DNA from: an uncultured Alphaproteobacteria bacterium
GTDB lineage: Bacteria > Pseudomonadota > Alphaproteobacteria > Rs-D84
NCBI GenBank assembly: GCA_963931495.1
Contig: OZ007020.1
Span: 780,001 to 812,000 of the forward strand
Length of the DNA: 32,000 bases
Direction: 5' to 3'
Part shown: in pieces, positions 8,312-15,371 of the stretch
How the letters are laid out: each line of letters begins with the position of its first letter
How positions within the stretch are numbered: position 1 is the first letter of the stretch
Notes under the pieces: generated by a model
Told to the model about the DNA's origin: nothing
Seen by the model: the letters and a program-made list of their open reading frames with translations, nothing else
Databases searched by the model: none
Made by a program: the position numbers and the translations under genes

Positions 8312-8401
8312 AATCCGGTCATCCGCCCCAGAAATAAAAAAACGCCCAACGGGCGATTTTTTATTTATGTGCACAGGATGCGGATGATAACCGCGGTTCG
8401 C
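8312..8401 (+). repeat. Repeat copy C: last ~19 nt of tRNA-His, terminator and conserved downstream block
   Basis: 90 nt, near-identical to 6326..6415. Its hairpin with flanking A/T runs can also terminate the minus-strand phage operon that ends at 8417. Confidence 0.85.
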
Positions 8402-8416
8402 CGTGGCAATGTTTAA

Positions 8417-8674
8417 TTACTGTATTACCGCTGTTTTTATTAATGCAACATCTTCACGAATTGTGTCTATTTTTATCTGCAACTGGCCCAGTCCGGTTTC
8501 CAGAATCGTCGTACGATTTTCCAGCGCGGTTATGCGACTGTCGGCGCGATGCAATTCATCCAATGACGAATCTTGGCGCGCAACCCAGTATATAACCCCG
8601 GCAACAAACGCAATTAAAAACCAACTGTTCCGTAAAAAATCCAACACCCCAATTGCGCCCAGTTGTCGTTTCAT
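8417..8674 (-). CDS. Small membrane-anchored coiled-coil protein (i-spanin-like architecture)
   Basis: 85 aa with an N-terminal TM helix (WFLIAFVAGVIYWVA) followed by a heptad-rich helix. Start overlaps the stop of the upstream ORF. Function not established. Confidence 0.55.
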   Translation of the reverse strand: MKRQLGAIGVLDFLRNSWFLIAFVAGVIYWVARQDSSLDELHRADSRITALENRTTILETGLGQLQIKIDTIREDVALIKTAVIQ

Positions 8675-8865
8675 TATTTCCCCCGTTCAATCATATTTTC
8701 AATTTGGTGAACCAATGCACGTTGCGCTTCCAGACTGCGCAGTTGGGCATCTGTGGCATCCGGCCCCAGTACGCGTTCAATTGTAATTTTGCGCAAGTGC
8801 GATAATACCGCTGCGCCACTGGTCGTAGAAAATGTTCGTGCATAATTTTGTTCTGTATCTTTCAT
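8674..8865 (-). CDS. Small conserved phage protein downstream of portal (Bbp19-like by recollection)
   Basis: Start moved to the Met after SD 'aggag' (MKDTEQNYARTFSTTSGAAVLSHLRK...). The resemblance to small proteins next to podophage portals is from memory only. Confidence 0.5.
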   Translation of the reverse strand: MKDTEQNYARTFSTTSGAAVLSHLRKITIERVLGPDATDAQLRSLEAQRALVHQIENMIERGK

Positions 8866-8881
8866 TGTCATCTCCTGGGGC

Positions 8882-10105
8882 TTATAAAATTGTTTCAGCA
8901 GCAGCCATTTGCGCAATGGGTGCAATGTATTTTAATTCAGCGTCGCTGTTCAGTGTAATCCGGTCAATAATGCCACGACGGGACAAAATCTGTAATCCGC
9001 GTTCAACCAACGGACGAATAAATTCATGCAGCAATCGTCCATATGTTGCCCCCAATATGCGGACCATATCCGCGCTGCGCGCCATAATTTCTGTGGCGGT
9101 CATTTCTTTTTCAGACAGCAACCCCAGTCTGTCCGCCAGCATTGTGTGGCGTATGCGTTCACGCAAGTCTTTCAAAACAATCTGGGACACGTCAAAATTC
9201 GCCCCAGATGTTAACGGCGTCAATCCAGATGACCCAACGGCTTTGGGTATAATTGCCCCAGGTGTTAAATTAATATTAGACAAATTTATAACACCGTCAT
9301 CGTCGGCCTGCCATATGCCGGAAACAGCAATCGTTGCGTTTTTCAACACCAATTCAACAACCTTGTTTGCTGTTTTAATGTCTGGTAATGCACGCAACAC
9401 CGGCCCACGGCCGTATTGTTCGCCACTGGCCACAGACCAGCGGAATATGATGTACGGGTTTGTTTCAAATTTTCCGGTGGCAACAATGTTATTTTCTAAA
9501 TCCCCACCAACATCCATCCATGCGGTGAATTCCGTATCAACCAAACTTTGCACCAACCGCAGTGGTGTTTCAGGGTCATTTTTTATTGTATCGCGCAAAT
9601 TAGCCGGTGGGGTCCAAGATGGATATTTTTCCATGACTTCGCGCGCCGGCATGGTCGCCGTATGAAACACGGCCCCATTCAGTATCGCAATGTCACGCAT
9701 CGGAATCGCAGTAAACGAAAATGCCGATGACGCACCAATCGGATTTTCCGCCATAAACAGGCATGCTGTGCCCAGAATTATTAAATCCATATAGCACTGG
9801 TGAACAGTGGTGTAAAAATTAGAATCATTTAGATTCGCACGTAACGCCATTGTTGCAGTTTCTGCATCGGGTGATTGTGCACTTTCTGGGACCAATGAAA
9901 TCCACAATGATTCTGGCGGTGTCAGCAATGAATAAATTGATGCCGCCAAATTATCTGCGGCATCCGCAGCGGTGGCATCAAACATCATCGCCGCATCATC
10001 ATCAGCGGTTGGCATAGTGTACCGCAATGCTGCATCCCAACGATTTAACCATGGTGTACGCAAATCCAGCGCACGGCGATACATCTGTTGTAAATTTTTT
10101 TTCAT
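8882..10105 (-). CDS. Portal (head-to-tail connector) protein, T7-like family
   Basis: 407 aa. N-terminus 'YRRALDLRTPWLNRWDAALRYTMP' and 'LAASIYSLLTPPESLWISL' resemble the Head-tail_con family. Lies immediately downstream of terminase. Confidence 0.75.
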   Translation of the reverse strand: MKKNLQQMYRRALDLRTPWLNRWDAALRYTMPTADDDAAMMFDATAADAADNLAASIYSLLTPPESLWISLVPESAQSPDAETATMALRANLNDSNFYTTVHQCYMDLIILGTACLFMAENPIGASSAFSFTAIPMRDIAILNGAVFHTATMPAREVMEKYPSWTPPANLRDTIKNDPETPLRLVQSLVDTEFTAWMDVGGDLENNIVATGKFETNPYIIFRWSVASGEQYGRGPVLRALPDIKTANKVVELVLKNATIAVSGIWQADDDGVINLSNINLTPGAIIPKAVGSSGLTPLTSGANFDVSQIVLKDLRERIRHTMLADRLGLLSEKEMTATEIMARSADMVRILGATYGRLLHEFIRPLVERGLQILSRRGIIDRITLNSDAELKYIAPIAQMAAAETIL

Positions 10106-10137
10106 GTTATATATCCTTTTGTTTGTTTATAAAAATT

Positions 10138-10156
10138 CCCCCGACAAATGCCGGGG
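10138..10156 (-). terminator. Weak terminator-like hairpin between the terminase C-half and portal
   Basis: Minus strand ccccggc-attt-gtcgggg (7 bp including one G.U), followed by 'aattttta'. Confidence 0.35.
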
Positions 10157-10197
10157 AAACCTGAAATGCGAAACAACATTTTTATGCTGTTTCTGGG

Positions 10198-10226
10198 GTT
10201 ATAGTATTTCGTCTTTATACATTGAA
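10198..10226 (-). promoter_or_regulatory. Promoter-like TTCAAT-17-TATAAC overlapping the end of the terminase C-half
   Basis: Minus strand: ttcaat gtataaagacgaaatac tataac. Confidence 0.35.
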
Positions 10227-11063
10227 TTCTGTATTCGCAGAAAATGGGCGTACAGACTGGCCCAATGGACGGACCGGTGTCGGAATCGCGCATATTGCGC
10301 CGGCAACGGCATCTAAACCATCATCATGACCAACATATCCGTATGGCGCCCAACCAATCATTTCAGATATCAGTGGGGTTGACTGGATACGTCGGTGTGC
10401 GTACATACGCCCTGTCGTTAAAATCGGTTCAATGGAATCCAATATTCTTGTTTCTTTGTTGTGATGATTTGATACAGGCACAATGTGGATTCGCCGATTT
10501 TGGCGCATGGCGACATCACGCATAATTTCTGGCAATGCAACCCCCATACCATTTGTTTCCACATATATGCGCCCCAGACAATGACGGCACATAAAATCCA
10601 GCACCATTTCACACTGGCGGGCCAATGGATGTAAATCATTATCTGGAACAATCAAGTACAATACATCATGGATGAAAATATTTTTTGTCTTGTCATCCCG
10701 GTATACCAGAACACAAACACTGGCGTCTGATTTCTTGTGCGCGGTTGATGGGTCCCAGTATGCGGTTGCGCCCGTGATAACATGGTCACCAATTCGCGCC
10801 CTGCGTGAATCAAAATCATCGTCATACAGGTGCAGTGCATCTGGATCCAGGCGCGCACGTTCGGGCGCAATAAATTCCAACATCATTTGCGCTGAAAAAT
10901 ATCGGTCGCCGACCGTATGGCGCAATTCATCTATGCGCGACAGCGGAAACAATTCTGGCCATGCGGGCGTACCATCAGTGGAAATGATTGGGATTTTTAA
11001 TTCCCGATATCCGCATAAAAAAGGCGTTGAAAAAGCAAAATTTTTATATACTATATTTGACAT
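10215..11063 (-). CDS. terL: Large terminase, C-terminal half (lid plus RNase-H-like nuclease), as a separate ORF of a split gene
   Basis: 'PAWPELFPLSRIDELR...FSAQMMLEF', then the nuclease acidic motifs 'AYWDPS', 'YVETNG' and 'HDDGLDA'. No internal stops. Its ATG overlaps the divergent dnaB ATG (CATG). Confidence 0.8.
   Translation of the reverse strand: MSNIVYKNFAFSTPFLCGYRELKIPIISTDGTPAWPELFPLSRIDELRHTVGDRYFSAQMMLEFIAPERARLDPDALHLYDDDFDSRRARIGDHVITGATAYWDPSTAHKKSDASVCVLVYRDDKTKNIFIHDVLYLIVPDNDLHPLARQCEMVLDFMCRHCLGRIYVETNGMGVALPEIMRDVAMRQNRRIHIVPVSNHHNKETRILDSIEPILTTGRMYAHRRIQSTPLISEMIGWAPYGYVGHDDGLDAVAGAICAIPTPVRPLGQSVRPFSANTEFNV
11027..11054 (+). promoter_or_regulatory. Promoter for dnaB (TTGAAA-16-TACTAT); the predicted start site falls at or next to the ATG, suggesting a leaderless mRNA
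   Basis: ttgaaa aagcaaaatttttata tactat atttgac ATG. No SD before the ATG. Confidence 0.45.
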
Positions 11064-12615
11064 GGACTTTACCCCAAAAACATTACCAACAAATCTGGAA
11101 GCCGAACAGGCCGTATTGGCCGCGGTATTGATGAATAACCGCGCGTTGGAACGTGTGTCAGAATTCTTGAAACCAGAACACTTTTCACATCCGGCGCACC
11201 AAGAAATTTATAAACTGGCGGAACGCCAATTTGCCGCCGGTATACCGTTTGATATTATTACCGCAAAAAATTATCTGGACCAGCAAGGGGTGCTGGAATC
11301 CGTTGGCGGTGTTGAATACCTGACGCAATTGGCGGGGGCCGGGGCAACCGTTGTAAATGTTGAACAATATGGTCGCATCGTGTACGACAACGCAATGCGT
11401 CGCGAATTAATAAATCTGGGACAATCCATTACCGATGCGGCATATACCGAAGATTTGGATAACCCAGTATCGGCCCAGATTGAAACCGCAGAACAAAAAC
11501 TGTTTGAAATGGCGTCGTCGGGTGTTTCTGAACGCGAAGTATCGTCAATTGCAACCGCATTGCAAAGTGCCCTGCAAGAAGCAGAAATCGCGTACAAGGC
11601 CGATGGAAAACTGTCTGGGTTGACCACGGGGCTGAACGCGTTGGACAAATCAATCAGTGGGCTGCATCATTCTGACCTGATAATTATCGCCGGGCGGCCC
11701 GCGATGGGTAAAACAACACTGGCGATGAATATTGCCTTTAATGCGGCAAATGCAATTCTGTATGGGCGCGCAAATGAAAAGTACAAGGGCGCCGTCGCAT
11801 TTTTCAGTCTGGAAATGTCATCGTCACAATTGGCGGCACGTGTGCTGTCATCACAATCAAAAATTCCGGCATCGGCCATGCGCGAAGGTTCATTGACCGA
11901 TGAAGATTTCTTGAAAATGTCGCAATATTCGGCCGCAATTGGTAAAGTTCCGCTGTATATTGACGATACACCGGGCATGTCAGTACCAATGATTCGCACA
12001 CGGGCACGTCGTCTGGCGCGGAAATGTGGCGGGATTGCATTGATTGTGATTGACTATCTGCAATTAATGACATCACCAGGTGGGCGTCGTAACGATAACC
12101 GCGTCCAGGAAATTTCCGAAATAACACGCGGATTGAAAATGCTGGCCAAAGAATTGGATGTGCCGGTTATCGCCCTGTCCCAGTTGTCGCGCAGTGTTGA
12201 ATCCCGCGATGACAAGCGGCCACAATTGGCCGACCTGCGTGAATCTGGATCAATTGAACAGGACGCCGATATCGTTATGTTCACATATCGTGAAGAATAC
12301 TATCTGGAAAATCGCGACCCGTCACAACGTATTTCTGGTAACACCAATGAAAAGATTATTGAAAGTTATCAAAAACGTTTGGAACGCGCACGTGGCAAGG
12401 CCGACGTTATTATCGGAAAAAATCGTCACGGACGACCAGAAACGGTGCGATTGGCATTCTTTGGTGATTACAGTCTGTTTGACAATCTGGACGAAATGGA
12501 AAGCCGCGCAAATGGCGAATTTATTGATGCGTCGGCGCTAATTAATACCCCCGATGATATGCCTGGGATGCCGTCTGTGGATGCCGACGCAATTCCAGAT
12601 GATATGCCATTGTAA
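11062..12615 (+). CDS. dnaB: Replicative DNA helicase DnaB (517 aa) with an acidic, proline-rich C-terminal extension
   Basis: 'LPTNLEAEQAVLAAVLMNN', Walker A 'GRPAMGKTT', 'IVIDYLQLM', 'ALSQLSR', 'ESGSIEQDAD'. It also has the 'REEYYLE...' insertion that I recall as typical of alphaproteobacterial DnaB. The upstream 130 codons of the track ORF are antisense to terminase and were discarded. Confidence 0.9.
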   Translation: MDFTPKTLPTNLEAEQAVLAAVLMNNRALERVSEFLKPEHFSHPAHQEIYKLAERQFAAGIPFDIITAKNYLDQQGVLESVGGVEYLTQLAGAGATVVNVEQYGRIVYDNAMRRELINLGQSITDAAYTEDLDNPVSAQIETAEQKLFEMASSGVSEREVSSIATALQSALQEAEIAYKADGKLSGLTTGLNALDKSISGLHHSDLIIIAGRPAMGKTTLAMNIAFNAANAILYGRANEKYKGAVAFFSLEMSSSQLAARVLSSQSKIPASAMREGSLTDEDFLKMSQYSAAIGKVPLYIDDTPGMSVPMIRTRARRLARKCGGIALIVIDYLQLMTSPGGRRNDNRVQEISEITRGLKMLAKELDVPVIALSQLSRSVESRDDKRPQLADLRESGSIEQDADIVMFTYREEYYLENRDPSQRISGNTNEKIIESYQKRLERARGKADVIIGKNRHGRPETVRLAFFGDYSLFDNLDEMESRANGEFIDASALINTPDDMPGMPSVDADAIPDDMPL

Positions 12616-12681
12616 TTTTTATACTTGCCACAGGGATAAAAATTGACTAACATTTTGTCAAGAAATCCCAAGGAGATAACA

Positions 12682-13689
12682 ATGGCGCAAGAAGAAATAA
12701 TCTTTCCAAACAACATCAGAAATATTCGTCTGGCCAATGGTATGAAAATGACAGAACTGGCGCGCCAGGCAAATTTATCACTGTCGGCGGTTTCAAAAAT
12801 TGAAAAAGGCGTGCGTCGTCTGAACCAAAAGCAATTATTAAACATATGCAATATTCTGGGATGCAAACTGTCGGATATATTTATCAAGGAATCCGATGCG
12901 GTTGCCGACCAATGGCAAAATGAAATTAAACGCCGATTGAACGATAACGAAGACAGCGGACTGAAAATATTCGGCAGTGGACTGCGCAAAATTCGCCAGC
13001 AATCTGGAAAAACAATTGCCCAGGCGGCCAAAGATGCCGGTATGACATTGTCTGTGTATCATAAAATAGAAGTTGGACAACGCGAAATATATCAAAATGA
13101 AATTGAACCACTGGCTGAATCGTTTGCGTACAGCGTTGATGCAATGCTGGATAAAATTGCCAATATGTACAAGGCCGGCGAATTAACCAAACAAATTAAC
13201 AAGGTCAAAGAACGTGTAAAATCTGTGTTGGTGCCGGGCAACCCATTGTCTGGATTAGATGTACACAGCAGTTTGTATGGCGCAAAGTTGTATGACAGCG
13301 CACGTAAAAAACTGGTCCCAGTGTTTGGCGTGCCGAATGGGAAATCTATCGTATTCAAAAAAACAGACAAAACGATGATTGTTGCACCAATGCCACTGGA
13401 AGGTCACAAAGGCGTCTATGCGGTTATTCCGAACTCTAAACGATTGGGTGGTTTTATCCCAGAAAAATCATATGTGTTCGCAGATGCAGAAATTCCCGCC
13501 CAGGTTGGTGATTTGGCCGTGTGTCTGGATACGGATTTTGATGCGTTAACACCAAGTAATTCTGGGAACGCACAAATCGCGATTATACGCCAGGATTCCA
13601 AGGGCAAAATTTATGGACAAATTTCTTCACCCGAAGAAAAAATTATCGCCAAAACTATGCACAAGGTCGTAATGATTGTAATGGAATAA
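12682..13689 (+). CDS. Tandem XRE-type HTH protein with a CI/LexA (S24)-like C-terminal domain
   Basis: SD 'aggag' 6 nt before the ATG. Two HTH_XRE units ('IRNIRLANGMKMTELARQANLSLSAVSKIEKG', 'LRKIRQQSGKTIAQAAKDAGMTLSVYHKIEVG'). C-terminus 'VPVFGVPNG...GDLAVCL' has a CI-like fold pattern, but the catalytic Ser/Lys are not clearly conserved. Confidence 0.75.
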   Translation: MAQEEIIFPNNIRNIRLANGMKMTELARQANLSLSAVSKIEKGVRRLNQKQLLNICNILGCKLSDIFIKESDAVADQWQNEIKRRLNDNEDSGLKIFGSGLRKIRQQSGKTIAQAAKDAGMTLSVYHKIEVGQREIYQNEIEPLAESFAYSVDAMLDKIANMYKAGELTKQINKVKERVKSVLVPGNPLSGLDVHSSLYGAKLYDSARKKLVPVFGVPNGKSIVFKKTDKTMIVAPMPLEGHKGVYAVIPNSKRLGGFIPEKSYVFADAEIPAQVGDLAVCLDTDFDALTPSNSGNAQIAIIRQDSKGKIYGQISSPEEKIIAKTMHKVVMIVME

Positions 13690-13714
13690 AAATCATACTC
13701 AGGGGGGATAAACA

Positions 13715-14389
13715 ATGAATGCCAAGGCCAGTACAACCGCACAAAAACTGTTGAATCTGTATCGTCAAGAACATGTTATTTTTGGCGGATGGGCCGCCGT
13801 AAATCAGGTCTTTGTTGATGAAGCAACCCCAGATGTATTACACGAATTGCGTGAATTGCCCACTGGTAAAAATCTGATCAAGCATATTGAAAATCTGCGC
13901 AGTGGCAAAACGCCAATGGATTCAATTGAACGCGAATTGTTGCCATACGGTGGCATGATGGCCGAAACAGTTGCAACCGTGCCACTAACAAAAAGCGAAT
14001 GGGCCGAATTGGAATCTGGTATTAACTCATTTACAACTGACCAAGATGGACTGGAAAAAATCCAACAATTGGATGTTATAAAAAAATTCGGTGATCAATG
14101 GATGGTTGCAATTCGCGCGGCATTGTCTGAACGCCCTGAATTGCTGGAAAAATGGGCATTGGTTACAAAAACGTATCGGGCGTATTATCTGTGGAAAGTG
14201 GCCAGTGATATGTTAAATCAACCACTGTCTGAACGTGCGCGCGCACAATTACAGGCCGACATGCCAGAATACGAAACATATTTACCAATGTTTGGCGATG
14301 CCGGTGTTGAATTGTTGGAAAAATTACGTTCGTTTATTTCAACAATGACCCCAGATGCAGACACAACAGACAACCAAAATTCAATCTGA
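13715..14389 (+). CDS. Hypothetical helical protein (224 aa), last gene of the terminase-splitting cassette
   Basis: SD 'aggggg' upstream and an intact ORF. No recognisable motifs. Its stop overlaps the stop of the convergent terminase N-half by 9 nt. Confidence 0.6.
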   Translation: MNAKASTTAQKLLNLYRQEHVIFGGWAAVNQVFVDEATPDVLHELRELPTGKNLIKHIENLRSGKTPMDSIERELLPYGGMMAETVATVPLTKSEWAELESGINSFTTDQDGLEKIQQLDVIKKFGDQWMVAIRAALSERPELLEKWALVTKTYRAYYLWKVASDMLNQPLSERARAQLQADMPEYETYLPMFGDAGVELLEKLRSFISTMTPDADTTDNQNSI

Positions 14390-14980
14390 TGTGCGATAGA
14401 TTGTATCCAATGTATGTGGTGTGCCGACATAAATCATTGTGCCGGTGGGCGACAGAATAAAATCCAGTTCACGCAACCGTTCACGCAGTGTTTCGCGCTT
14501 TTGTGCCGTGTTGCTGGTATTTGGGACCTCTACATCATCACAAATTATTAAATCTGCACGCATGCCAGTGATGTTACCATGGATTCCTTGGCATACGACA
14601 GACGGTTCACGAATGCCGATTGGCCGATTAATCGTAATTCGGCCACTGGCCCATTCTTTCTTGGCCGACGGAATCAAATCTGCGCATCGCGGATGATTTT
14701 CCAGTATATGCCGTATATGCGCAACCATGCGCGATGACAGATTGTTTTCTGCGGATAAAATCAATATCCTGGTTGCAGGATGTAAATACAGCACACACGC
14801 AGCAAATATCCCAACAACTGTTGATTTGCCAGAATGTCGGAACGCCATCAGTAACCCACGATGCGGCGTATCTGTGAATACAGAAAATAAAAATTCCATT
14901 ATTTTATAATGATGTGCCGGCGTTTCCAGCCCCAGCATTTGATTCCATTCATCCAAAAACACATAAAAATCCGATAACAT
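14381..14980 (-). CDS. terL: Large terminase, N-terminal ATPase half, as a separate ORF of a split gene
   Basis: Walker A 'FRHSGKST', Walker B 'ADLIICDDVE', motif III 'YVGTP'. The ORF ends 'LDTIYRTSD*' about 12 residues after motif III. Confidence 0.85.
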   Translation of the reverse strand: MLSDFYVFLDEWNQMLGLETPAHHYKIMEFLFSVFTDTPHRGLLMAFRHSGKSTVVGIFAACVLYLHPATRILILSAENNLSSRMVAHIRHILENHPRCADLIPSAKKEWASGRITINRPIGIREPSVVCQGIHGNITGMRADLIICDDVEVPNTSNTAQKRETLRERLRELDFILSPTGTMIYVGTPHTLDTIYRTSD

Positions 14981-14993
14981 GACGACATCAACA

Positions 14994-15347
14994 TTAACTT
15001 AATAAATCATCAAATTTATCCAGTAATGATTGCAACAAGTTTGGTTTTTTAACACTGGATTGAGCCTTTTTCAGTCGTTCTGTATTTGATTTGCGCTTCT
15101 CGTCATACGGCTTTTCTGTTTCTGATTTCAGTCGTTTTAACACCGCGCCGGTTGTCATACTGCGTCCAGACACACCAGACGCACCATATTTTGCACGCTG
15201 GGTTGCCAATGTTTTTTTTACTAAATTTGTTTTTTCTTTCTCGTCAGCCGCCATATCAGACAAAATTTTTTTTCGTTCTGATTCCGCTGTTCGTTTTGAA
15301 TCTTGGTAATCCAAAACATCTATGACATCTGATACAAGTTGTCCCAT
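14994..15347 (-). CDS. Basic coiled-coil phage protein; small-terminase candidate by position only
   Basis: 117 aa, K/R/E-rich, immediately upstream of terL, which is the position of T7 gp18. No sequence motif recognised. Confidence 0.45.
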   Translation of the reverse strand: MGQLVSDVIDVLDYQDSKRTAESERKKILSDMAADEKEKTNLVKKTLATQRAKYGASGVSGRSMTTGAVLKRLKSETEKPYDEKRKSNTERLKKAQSSVKKPNLLQSLLDKFDDLLS

Positions 15348-15371
15348 AATCTCACCTTTTATTTACATTTG

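Noticed and set aside
8832-9665. 277-aa plus-strand ORF
   Set aside because: It is entirely antisense to the portal gene, which has recognisable family motifs and operon context. The composition is low-complexity (Ser/Pro/Arg-rich), typical of a shadow frame.
10672-11061. N-terminal 130 codons of the 647-aa track ORF that contains DnaB
   Set aside because: This part is the antisense strand of the terminase C-half and has no DnaB similarity. DnaB homology starts at MDFTPKTLPTNLEAEQAVL (ATG at 11062), and a good promoter lies just upstream.
12468-13031. 187-aa minus-strand ORF
   Set aside because: It is antisense to the dnaB 3' end and the XRE gene, both of which have clear motifs and an SD. 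No motifs of its own.
11063-14381. Intein, group I/II intron or IS/transposon as the cause of the terminase interruption
   Set aside because: The insert genes are on the opposite strand, so an in-frame intein is impossible. There is no reverse transcriptase, homing endonuclease or transposase ORF. No terminal inverted repeats or clear target-site duplication are visible at the junctions.
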